Positions 1 through 7,582 of a stretch of DNA of 20,000 bases are shown piece by piece; within the stretch, counting starts at the first letter, position 1, and each line of letters starts with the position of its first letter. This DNA is from an uncultured virus (IMG/VR IMGVR_UViG_3300044642_001197). Taxonomy: Duplodnaviria; Heunggongvirae; Uroviricota; Caudoviricetes. Under the pieces are notes generated by a model. It made no database searches. It was not told the origin of the DNA and saw nothing but the letters and a program-made list of their open reading frames with translations. The DNA lies in IMG/VR virus record IMGVR_UViG_3300044642_001197; one strand, 5' to 3'. The position numbers were made by a program, and so were the translations under genes.

Positions 1-2
1 TG

Positions 3-986
3 CGGGGCATCGCGGCCGCGGCGGCCCACCGCCGGGAGGCCCATTTTATCTTCGCCACGGACGACAGCCCGGAGTCCCGCGACGCCGAGGAACTCGCCCG
101 CCGGGAACTGCCCGAGGGTTGGAAGATCACGACCCTGCGCCTGCCGATCGCCGATGACACGAGCCAGAGTTACAAGGAGGCGGCCCAGATGCGGATCGCC
201 GCGCTCCAAGGAGCCGCGTTCGCCTTCGCCAAATCCAAGGTGCGGGCGGATCTGTGTTGGTCGGTGGAGAGCGACACCATCCCCACCGCCGAATCCCTGC
301 GGGTGCTGGAATGGACCTTGGCCATGCCCACGGCGGACGGTTCGCCCTACTACGATGTGGCGGCGGCGACTTACCCCAACGGGCTTTTCCTCGGAGGCTT
401 CGGAACGCCGCAGAACCCGATTGCCGAGGATTTCCTGCCCGCCGAACGCAAGCTGCGCCCCCGGCTCAAGCTGTGCCTCGAACGGTGCGAGGAACGGCTC
501 AAAACGGCGACGGATTTCAAGACGGGGGAGAAGGAGGGGAAACGGTTGGCCCGGTTGCGGGACCGGGTGAAGAAATCGCCGCCCGACGGGAATGTCTGGG
601 AGGTGACGGCCAAACACGGCTGGCGGCGCCGGGGATGGATGGAGTTCGCGTATCCTGGGATCGGGCGCGGTGCGATTGTCCCGTCCGATTGGTGCGGACT
701 GGGCTGCACGCTTTTGAGCAAACGGGCCTTGGCCCTGGCGGATTTCAATGGCTACGACGGGCGGGGGACTCAGGATTTGTTCCTGTGCTGGAAACGCTGG
801 TATCCGGCGGGGCTGCGGATCTCCTGCGTGCCGCATGTGGCGTGTGACCACATCAAACGCCGGGGGGACCAGATCGAACACATGATCGCCGGGCACGCGA
901 CCGACGGGGAGTTTCGCGGGCATTTGCGGATGGAAACCCGGGTCTTGCCTCTGTTGCCGGGTGTAAGTAACCTGCCCAAACCATGA
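3..986 (+). CDS. Glycosyltransferase-like protein (GT-A fold, GT2-like), 5'-partial
   Basis: The frame of ORF 189..986 is open back to base 3 (RGIAAAAAHRREAHFIFATDDS...). GT-A-like motifs appear in the expected order: FIFATD strand, RIAALQ..AF helix, DLCWSVESDTIP (DxD-like ESD), DWCGLGCTLLSKRAL, QDLFLCW and CVPHVACDH. Confidence 0.65.
   Translation, partial: RGIAAAAAHRREAHFIFATDDSPESRDAEELARRELPEGWKITTLRLPIADDTSQSYKEAAQMRIAALQGAAFAFAKSKVRADLCWSVESDTIPTAESLRVLEWTLAMPTADGSPYYDVAAATYPNGLFLGGFGTPQNPIAEDFLPAERKLRPRLKLCLERCEERLKTATDFKTGEKEGKRLARLRDRVKKSPPDGNVWEVTAKHGWRRRGWMEFAYPGIGRGAIVPSDWCGLGCTLLSKRALALADFNGYDGRGTQDLFLCWKRWYPAGLRISCVPHVACDHIKRRGDQIEHMIAGHATDGEFRGHLRMETRVLPLLPGVSNLPKP
945..973 (+). 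promoter_or_regulatory. Candidate sigma70-like promoter TTGCCT-N17-TAACCT containing the shared GGTGTAAGTA motif
   Basis: Hexamers at 945-950 and 968-973 with a 17-nt spacer; ATG at 983. Same architecture as the site at 4603-4631. Lies inside the 3' end of the upstream CDS. Confidence 0.4.
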
Positions 987-1906
987 ACCGACTCCTACTC
1001 TCCGAGGCCCGCGACGCGCTGATGACCGTGGTCTCGTATGGAGGGGTCTCCGAACAGTTCTTTGTGCCGCAGCTAAACCAAGTGCAGGAGCGGCTCTTCA
1101 CGTTGGGGCGCTGGCCGGGGATGCAGGAGGTGCTCGATTTCCCGACTCAGAACGGTTACATCACTTTGCCGCGCCGGTGCGAGTCGGTGCTCGGGGCGCA
1201 GGTGGCGGAAGCGCCCGCGCATATCTTCGGCAGGCACCACGAGTTTACGGTGGGTGGGCCGGGGCCTTACCCGGAGGGGATGTTGCACAGGCTCCTTGCC
1301 GACATGGGCGGCGGGTATTGCACGGCGTTGGATCTACCGCAGCCCTCCAGGCTCAAGGTTTTGTCCACATCAGTGGAGGACACGGCACCGATTGACTTGA
1401 GCGACGCGGACCTATCGGGGGCGATTTTTTCGCCCGATGCCCGGGAGGCCGTGGCGCCGGGGAGCACTTCGGTGCGGACGTTCAACTCGGTGAGTTTTGT
1501 CGTCAAGCCCGTGACGGTTGGGATCGTGTCGCTTTACGCCGTACACCCGAGCACGTTGGCGGAGACGTTGGTGGCGGTGTATGAACCGGGGGAGACGACC
1601 CCTTCCTACCGGCGCTACAAGGTTACGGGTGCGGAGACCTCGGATTCAGTGCGAGTCCTGTGCAAACGGCAGTTTGTGCCCGTGGCCGCTGCGAACGACG
1701 AGGTGTTCCCCGGCAACATTGGCGCCCTGAAACACGGGCTCCTGGCGCTCAACTACGAGGACCAGGGCGACGTGGAACGTGCCCGGGCAAGCTGGGCGAT
1801 GGCTTTGGAGCTGCTCCAGGGGGCGCTCAAACAGGAGCGCGGCGGCGAGGTGACCGTGGCGCGCAGGAGCGGGTTCGGCGTGGGGAAGATCCGGATGCGG
1901 CTCTAG
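983..1906 (+). CDS. Phage structural protein, probable head-tail adaptor / tail tubular protein A-like
   Basis: 307 aa with an ATGA overlap with the upstream gene. N-terminal helices (LNQVQERLFTLGRW), a YITLP..CESVL strand and C-terminal helices (GALKHGLLALNYEDQGD...A...WAMALELL) match the layout of podovirus adaptor proteins. Inferred from pattern and context. Confidence 0.6.
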   Translation: MNRLLLSEARDALMTVVSYGGVSEQFFVPQLNQVQERLFTLGRWPGMQEVLDFPTQNGYITLPRRCESVLGAQVAEAPAHIFGRHHEFTVGGPGPYPEGMLHRLLADMGGGYCTALDLPQPSRLKVLSTSVEDTAPIDLSDADLSGAIFSPDAREAVAPGSTSVRTFNSVSFVVKPVTVGIVSLYAVHPSTLAETLVAVYEPGETTPSYRRYKVTGAETSDSVRVLCKRQFVPVAAANDEVFPGNIGALKHGLLALNYEDQGDVERARASWAMALELLQGALKQERGGEVTVARRSGFGVGKIRMRL

Positions 1907-1949
1907 TGACTGGGTCCGACTAAACAGGGGGGTTACCCTTGCGCTGGTG

Positions 1950-2333
1950 CTAAGGCATCATCCTAAGCAAGGCGGACCTAGCGATTTCTTGGGCTTTTGC
2001 TAATTGAACAGCCTTGTCCTCGCGCCAGCCCTTGATGTTTGCGTGGTATAAAGGATTGTCGTCCCGATCAATGGACAGTTCTTGGCCGTAAACGACTTGC
2101 GCTTTCACGTCGGCTCTGCCGTAGAGCTTTGGCTCACCGAATCGTTTGGACATGGCGATGCGGCCGGACTCCCATATCTCGTTTTCTGGAACCCCTTCAA
2201 TACACGTCACGGAGAGCGCCACATGAGGGTGCGGAACAAAAGCCGCCGCGCCGACTCGTTTAGTTGATTCGGTGAACCACTTCGAGAAACACAACATCCT
2301 CGCTATGCTTTCGTCGGGGGAAACATTGGCCAT
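1950..2333 (-). CDS. Small putative toxin, ADP-ribosyltransferase/RES-like fold
   Basis: 127 aa with motif order DESIAR ... AAAF ... LSV ... HANIKGW, an R / S-x / H pattern seen in small ART/RES-like proteins. Last gene of a tightly coupled trio (9-nt gap). Confidence 0.55.
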   Translation of the reverse strand: MANVSPDESIARMLCFSKWFTESTKRVGAAAFVPHPHVALSVTCIEGVPENEIWESGRIAMSKRFGEPKLYGRADVKAQVVYGQELSIDRDDNPLYHANIKGWREDKAVQLAKAQEIARSALLRMMP

Positions 2334-2342
2334 AGCGCGGGG

Positions 2343-2816
2343 CTACCCCAAAACCGATGCGATCAGGCTGAATATTGGCGAGCCAAGGACATCCACCAAA
2401 GGGAAAGAGCCAAAAGCCTTTGCGTTGCCGTTGATTGCCGCGTAGTGGACCTTACCGTGCTCGTCTACAGCGACGGTGACGGTTCGATAATGAGACTGCG
2501 CCCACTCGAATGTGATGTCCCCTGCTACGGTAGCGGACACTTGGGGGGCAGGAAACTGGGGCGGTAGCGCCTCTGCAAATTGCCGAGCATTTCTTGCGGT
2601 TTGGTGGTGCAAAGGAATCGCATGATAACCGTCCCAGTCTGGGTGGGAGCATTCACGAAGTATTTCATCTATGGCTATTCGGCTTTTGTTCCACACATCC
2701 CCCTGACTGTAAGAACTTCTAAGCCCCTCCCGCACGCGTTCGAGTTGCAGGTAAATAGCTTGTCCTTGGGGGCTTGCGGAAGAATCCAAGTAGGACGATG
2801 GATGTGCTGGAATCAT
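2343..2816 (-). CDS. Conserved hypothetical protein (WDGY motif) of the type found next to TIGR04255 genes; putative antitoxin/partner
   Basis: 157 aa, DWDGYHAIPL...A..FAEALP...PAPQVSATVAGDITFEW...VTVAVD..G.VHY. ATGA overlap with the TIGR04255 gene at 2813-2816. Confidence 0.7.
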   Translation of the reverse strand: MIPAHPSSYLDSSASPQGQAIYLQLERVREGLRSSYSQGDVWNKSRIAIDEILRECSHPDWDGYHAIPLHHQTARNARQFAEALPPQFPAPQVSATVAGDITFEWAQSHYRTVTVAVDEHGKVHYAAINGNAKAFGSFPLVDVLGSPIFSLIASVLG

Positions 2817-3556
2817 TGGAAAAGTTCAATGGCTTTGTTTGTTAAGCTAGCGAAAAAAAGACGATTCTTCAAACTTCGCATTTTTTCCCACAGGTGGGGC
2901 ACATCGTTTTCCAACGCAGGCTCCCCAAGCGCAAACACGTCGATGTCCAGCAAGATCGGAAAGCTATTTGAGTTTAGGATCGGCTGTGTTGCCAAAACCC
3001 ATTTGGCTTCGAGTTGCGTGTCTTTGCAGCGGATCACGCTTTGGGCGATAAATGCCCCTCGTTCGATCTCTCCTATTGGAGGAGCCGGTAAAGTGGCGGT
3101 CAAGTAATCTTCCAATTTGACCATGCCTCCGGAATACGGGAGCAAAATTTGATTGATGTAGCGCAGCGCGACTCGCGTTCGCCGAGGCTTGAACAACTGG
3201 TCGTAAACTCCCCATGCGGTATTGGCGGTGTTTGAGGCGTTCCCCCATTTCCGATACGGGCTTAAACAATTGTATGTGAAGCCGTCATTCCGAAACTGGA
3301 GCAATTCTGTGCGATCGTGCGTCAAAAAACGACACCCGACGGCCTGTTGCTTGGTTCGGGTGGTTTTAGGACCATCCTCCGTTGCGCCAACAACGATCTC
3401 GAACTCTTCCATCGGCTCAATAATCGGAAAACGCTCCTTAAAATGCTGGTGGGCGGCAGCTAGCGCGTCGACCGGCACAGGCTTAGGGAACACCACGCGC
3501 ACATCAAAAATAGCCTCCACGATGGGGGAGCTTCGCAACTCGGGAAATTCACTCAT
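2813..3556 (-). CDS. TIGR04255 family protein
   Basis: 247 aa with family hallmarks: PIVEAIFDVR, GFTYNCLSPYRKW, RVALRYINQI, ILLDIDVF and KNRLFFASLT. Confidence 0.85.
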   Translation of the reverse strand: MSEFPELRSSPIVEAIFDVRVVFPKPVPVDALAAAHQHFKERFPIIEPMEEFEIVVGATEDGPKTTRTKQQAVGCRFLTHDRTELLQFRNDGFTYNCLSPYRKWGNASNTANTAWGVYDQLFKPRRTRVALRYINQILLPYSGGMVKLEDYLTATLPAPPIGEIERGAFIAQSVIRCKDTQLEAKWVLATQPILNSNSFPILLDIDVFALGEPALENDVPHLWEKMRSLKNRLFFASLTNKAIELFQ

Positions 3557-3656
3557 ATCGAGTCCGGATACAAATACGTTCGCCCTGTGGTAGGCAACCC
3601 GGTTGTGGCCCTAGCGGGCTCGGGGGTGCCTGCATTCAACGGCATCGGATGCGGCT

Positions 3657-4562
3657 CTAGGGGCCGAAGCTGGACCGACCGGGTTGAATCCCGGCGTCCC
3701 GGAACGTTTGGTTCACGGAGTTGAGGCGGCTCCTCTGGTATTCCACCTCCCGTTGTGTGGCGTTGAGGCGGCGTTCTAGTGTCTGCGCTCTCTGCTCAGA
3801 GGCCACTACTTGCTGCCGCATGGCGCGAATCTCGTTCACTACTTCTTGGGTGCGCGCGGCTTCTGCGCGGCGGGCTTCTTCTTCCAAGATTCGTTTTTTC
3901 CGCTGGTCAAGGTCAGCTCGTTGTTTTTCTGTCTCCGCGTTAATGCCGTCGAAGTAATCTCCGGCCAACTTAATCGACTCCGCGCTCACTTTCGCACTAC
4001 TCAAGCGGGCCAAGTAAATTTTCTGAAAAGAACTGTCCCTTTTGGCCTCCGGGAAATCGCGGTTGATTTTTTCGATTGCAGCGTTCAGCTCTCTGGCGTC
4101 AGTAGCCGGAACTCCATCAAGTATCTTTATGGCAGCATCAGTATGGACACCTTGTTCCTGCATTCGTAGGACCGCTTTGGCGAAGGCCAGCTCGTCGTCC
4201 TCTGCCAATGTCCTGGTTTCTCCGAGTTGTTCCAGACGAGCCACTCTTTCCAGCCGGAATCGTTTTGATTCGGCGTCAGCCTTCTGTGGGTCGACCTCAC
4301 TTAGGCGGGCGACGTAGAACGATTGGACGCTTGGGTAGCTCCAAGCGTTCGGGCAGACTGTTGCAATTCTGCGGAGCGTTCCGGCGAGCGACGTAGCGGC
4401 TTTGAAGTTTACTTGCCCGAGTAAATAGAGGGCTTTCTGCTCGTCTGTCCATTTTACGTCGGGGGACTGACTGAGGGACCCCGCATAAGGCGTCTGTGCG
4501 TACCCCAAAGGAGTGCCGCATAAACACAAAGCCAGCAGCATGACAGCGAATCGCGTTTTCAT
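3657..4562 (-). CDS. Exported hypothetical protein with Sec signal peptide, internal 45-aa duplication and C-terminal coiled coil
   Basis: 301 aa. N-terminus MKTR-FAVMLLALCLCG-TPLGYA|Q. Residues 44-88 and 144-188 align ungapped with 15/45 identities. The C-terminus is rich in E/R/Q/A. Confidence 0.75.
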   Translation of the reverse strand: MKTRFAVMLLALCLCGTPLGYAQTPYAGSLSQSPDVKWTDEQKALYLLGQVNFKAATSLAGTLRRIATVCPNAWSYPSVQSFYVARLSEVDPQKADAESKRFRLERVARLEQLGETRTLAEDDELAFAKAVLRMQEQGVHTDAAIKILDGVPATDARELNAAIEKINRDFPEAKRDSSFQKIYLARLSSAKVSAESIKLAGDYFDGINAETEKQRADLDQRKKRILEEEARRAEAARTQEVVNEIRAMRQQVVASEQRAQTLERRLNATQREVEYQRSRLNSVNQTFRDAGIQPGRSSFGP

Positions 4563-4602
4563 GTGGTGCTACGTCAACACAGGTGCGCGCTGGATTCAAG
4601 CA

Positions 4603-4631
4603 TTGCTGTTTTTCTGGGGTTTATGTAGGTT
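4603..4631 (+). promoter_or_regulatory. Candidate sigma70-like promoter TTGCTG-N17-TAGGTT containing the shared GGTTTATGTA motif
   Basis: In the 81-bp divergent intergenic region. Hexamers at 4603-4608 and 4626-4631 with a 17-nt spacer; ATG at 4644. Confidence 0.45.
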
Positions 4632-4643
4632 GATGCGATCCGT

Positions 4644-5639
4644 ATGGCGAACAACCCAAACGCAGCCCTAGAGTTGGAGGAAGATGACGAGCTGAATGGG
4701 GGGTGGCCCCGCGCAATAGCCGAGTCGATGGGGGTTCCGCCCGGTGCTAGTAACTCCTCAGCAACGAACATTGCGGCACCTGCAGTGGTGAGTTCTTCGC
4801 CTTCGCCTTCGCCTTCGCCTTCGCCTTCGCCTTCGCCTTCGCCTTCGCCTTCGCCTTCGCCTTCGCCATCGCTTTCCGGCGCAAAATTTATTGAGAGCTA
4901 CGTAAAAACTCCGTTCGACCATCGCGGGTTTCGTCAGGCCGGTGCGGCGACTGAATACGACCCGAGCAAGGACCAGATGGCCCGCAGCGTGGTGGGCGGA
5001 TTGGTTGTTCCGCGGCAAGTGGGGCCCCCTATTCAGATCGACCCGAAATACGGGGGTGGTGTGGGCACGGTTACGAATCCTTTTCCGAGCACGATGGGGG
5101 CCGGGGCTCCCTCTTCTACTTTTGCCACCCCGCCGATTAGGCAACCTTTCGCCGCTGCTCCTGCAACCGCTGCTCCTGCGACCCCGGCGGCCCCACCCAA
5201 GGACAGAGCGGAGGCTTTTTTGGAATACGCACGGCGTCCGATTGGGTCCAACATGGGAACGTCAGGGGGGACACTCAGTCGTCCAGACCAAGAGGTTCAG
5301 CGAGAAGCGGATCGGCTACGCGCCACGGAACGCGCCCAGTTACGTTTCACCCAAGCCGATGCTCGACAAGCAGGGGTGCGAGGGGGCATCTCCCGCAAGG
5401 CGTTCGGGATTGGGGGCGGCAGCCCTCAGGATTATGTGGTCGAAGCCGGGAGAAGTCTTCGCAGGCGCGCCATGGAACAAGACTTGACCAAAAGCAACCG
5501 CGACGACGTGCTGGGGTTGTTGGCTCAGCGCGATCAACTCGACGCGCGCATTCGGGATGAAGACGCTAGGAATATTCGGGAGCGTGAAGAGTTTGTAGGC
5601 AAATCGAAAGGGGCCCGGCCGGGCTCGGTCAGAAAGTAA
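4644..5639 (+). CDS. Hypothetical phage protein, low-complexity (Ser-Pro and Ala-Pro rich); possible internal virion protein
   Basis: 331 aa, stop codon 2 nt before the next ATG. Mostly disordered with a helical, charged C-terminus. Position upstream of the helical 624-aa gene supports the call. Confidence 0.6.
   Translation: MANNPNAALELEEDDELNGGWPRAIAESMGVPPGASNSSATNIAAPAVVSSSPSPSPSPSPSPSPSPSPSPSPSPSLSGAKFIESYVKTPFDHRGFRQAGAATEYDPSKDQMARSVVGGLVVPRQVGPPIQIDPKYGGGVGTVTNPFPSTMGAGAPSSTFATPPIRQPFAAAPATAAPATPAAPPKDRAEAFLEYARRPIGSNMGTSGGTLSRPDQEVQREADRLRATERAQLRFTQADARQAGVRGGISRKAFGIGGGSPQDYVVEAGRSLRRRAMEQDLTKSNRDDVLGLLAQRDQLDARIRDEDARNIREREEFVGKSKGARPGSVRK
4795..4866 (+). repeat. Perfect hexamer microsatellite (CTTCGC)x12 encoding a Ser-Pro tract
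   Basis: Counted directly; followed by one degenerate unit CATCGC. Confidence 0.95.
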
Positions 5640-5641
5640 AT

Positions 5642-7516
5642 ATGTCCACCCTGGAAGATTCATTTAGCGAGCTGGGCGGGAACTTTCAGCAGCCCAGGCG
5701 GGCCTATCGTTTCCCAGATAACAACTCCCACCCGCTTTCTTCTTTCACCCGGAGAGGCGTGGCGCCCAGAGAGCCGGAGGGGGAGATTTCCGATCGTTAC
5801 ATGGACTTGTTGGCCCAGAAAGTGAAGATCGCTGAGGCGCGCACCGCCGGACTAGCGAAGATGCGGGATTTGAGCGCCGCAGAACTGGAATCCGTGCAGA
5901 GGAACCAGACCCTTGAGGATTCGACCAACGCATTCGAGCTGTTGCGTGCGGCGAACCCGAAAGACCCGAGCTTCGAAGCCACGGCTGTAGAGATCCACAA
6001 GAACTACCCCCGGGCGATGCTCGACCAGGAGTTCAAGAACGCGTTCGACTACATGCAAGGCGTATTCACTGGCACAGTGAAGGCCGATCAGCAGTTGAAA
6101 CGGAACGAACAAACCCAACAGAACATGTTGGACCGGCAGGAGATTTCCTCCCAGACGCAGGCGGTGGATAAGCTGGGGCCGCAGTATACGGACCTGCTCC
6201 GGCAGGAGATGGATCAGCTTGGGCCCGACGCGTCGGCGGCGAACAAACGCCAAGTGATCCAAAAGATTCAGCAAAAGGCGGCGATCGACGACACGGACCG
6301 CAAATTGGCGGCGGCAGGGTTGGAGTGGGAGGCTCGCCGCTCTGGCGACAGAGGCCGGGACCAGTTGTTCGACCAGAACACCGGGGCCTACGATTTCAAA
6401 AAAGCGCAGCAGTGGCTGGACGACGAGGCCATCACAAAAAACCAGCTCAACGCGGCGAATGAGATTTTGAAGGAAGCGGCGAAGAACAAAGATGACCCGA
6501 ACTGGCTCGCGCAAAACGCCGAAGCGTTCCAGGCCGCGACAGACATTCGCAATCGCGTGATGAGCAAACGGAGCCGGGAATCCGTGGACCCCGCGTTTGA
6601 GGCCGTGGCGGGGCCGACACGGCTACTGGAACGGTTGAACGCTGAATACGAAGAGTTGAAGAAGGCTGGGAACGAAAAAGGCATGGAGTTGAAGCTGGCG
6701 GAGATCAAGGAGGCGGCGGCCATTCGTCGGCAGGCGGCTGAGGCGCATCCCGGGTTTAACATTAGCACCGTGCCTGTGGGTAATGAGACCCCGACGCAGG
6801 CTCAAAACCGAGCGAAAGACACGCTGCGGGCAATGGCCCTGTGGCCCGTTGACGAACCCATCATTCTCAACGGAAAGCTGGAAACATGGACGAAAGGAAA
6901 GCTAAAAGCACTTTTGGCCGGTCCTCAAACAGCTTCGACCAAAGAGCCGGTGGCCGGGTCGACATCTGCCAATCAGTTGCCAAACAACTCCACGCCTTTG
7001 CCGGGCGCCGCCCCCAAGGGGCAAGCGTCCGAAACGACGGTGCCCCAAACTGAGGCGCAACCGGTGGAGCCACTTGGCGAGGACGCTCAACGTATCCTGG
7101 AACAGACGAGTGTTCCTAGTGATGGTGTGTGGGCGAAAATGGTAGAAAAGGTGGAAGGCGGGGAGAAAGGATCTCCCGCTCAAGAAGCTGTGTGGGGGTG
7201 GATGCGGAGCAACGCCAAATACGCGGAGGCTCAAGAGCGGAACACCAAGCTAGTTGAACTCTACCAAGCAGAAAAAGCCGCAAACGGCGGGTCTTTGCCA
7301 CCTGAAAAGGAGAAAGCCTACGAACAAGCGCAGCTTGAAATTATGGCTGATTTCGACCCGGCAACAAACCACTGGGGCCGCGACGGGGTCCTTGGGTTCC
7401 GCCCGGCATTCAGCCCAAAAGAGCGGGAGCAGTTCGTAAAAATGCGTGAACGCGGGCTGGCGTTGCGCCGCGCTCGGCAAGAGGCGATATCCAACAAACT
7501 TACGGCCCAGCAGTAA
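5642..7516 (+). CDS. Alpha-helical phage protein, probable internal virion (DNA ejection) protein
   Basis: 624 aa, rich in Q/E/K/A with no Cys and a Pro/Thr/Ser linker. Composition and position fit podovirus ejection proteins (inference). Confidence 0.55.
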   Translation: MSTLEDSFSELGGNFQQPRRAYRFPDNNSHPLSSFTRRGVAPREPEGEISDRYMDLLAQKVKIAEARTAGLAKMRDLSAAELESVQRNQTLEDSTNAFELLRAANPKDPSFEATAVEIHKNYPRAMLDQEFKNAFDYMQGVFTGTVKADQQLKRNEQTQQNMLDRQEISSQTQAVDKLGPQYTDLLRQEMDQLGPDASAANKRQVIQKIQQKAAIDDTDRKLAAAGLEWEARRSGDRGRDQLFDQNTGAYDFKKAQQWLDDEAITKNQLNAANEILKEAAKNKDDPNWLAQNAEAFQAATDIRNRVMSKRSRESVDPAFEAVAGPTRLLERLNAEYEELKKAGNEKGMELKLAEIKEAAAIRRQAAEAHPGFNISTVPVGNETPTQAQNRAKDTLRAMALWPVDEPIILNGKLETWTKGKLKALLAGPQTASTKEPVAGSTSANQLPNNSTPLPGAAPKGQASETTVPQTEAQPVEPLGEDAQRILEQTSVPSDGVWAKMVEKVEGGEKGSPAQEAVWGWMRSNAKYAEAQERNTKLVELYQAEKAANGGSLPPEKEKAYEQAQLEIMADFDPATNHWGRDGVLGFRPAFSPKEREQFVKMRERGLALRRARQEAISNKLTAQQ

Positions 7517-7549
7517 GGACAAAAAGGCTGTCAATAAAACCTTTCCTGT

Positions 7550-7565
7550 GGTTTAAGTAACCCGC
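7550..7565 (+). promoter_or_regulatory. Third copy of the shared upstream motif (GGTTTAAGTAACCCGC)
   Basis: 14/16 identical to 960-975 (GGTGTAAGTAACCTGC). In the intergenic gap 18 nt before the ATG at 7583. No TTG -35 element at the equivalent position. Confidence 0.45.
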
Positions 7566-7582
7566 ATCAACCTTCTTCGCCG

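Noticed and set aside
1907..1949. Bidirectional terminator between the convergent genes
   Set aside because: Only a short weak stem (AGGG/CCCT) with no U-tract on either strand.
4503..4562. Lipoprotein signal in the 301-aa protein
   Set aside because: LALC and LCLC do not fit the [LVI][ASTVI][GAS]C lipobox; signal peptidase I cleavage at GYA|Q is more plausible.
4758..5144. Minus-strand ORF with a poly-Arg tract
   Set aside because: It is the antisense reading of the (CTTCGC)n repeat.
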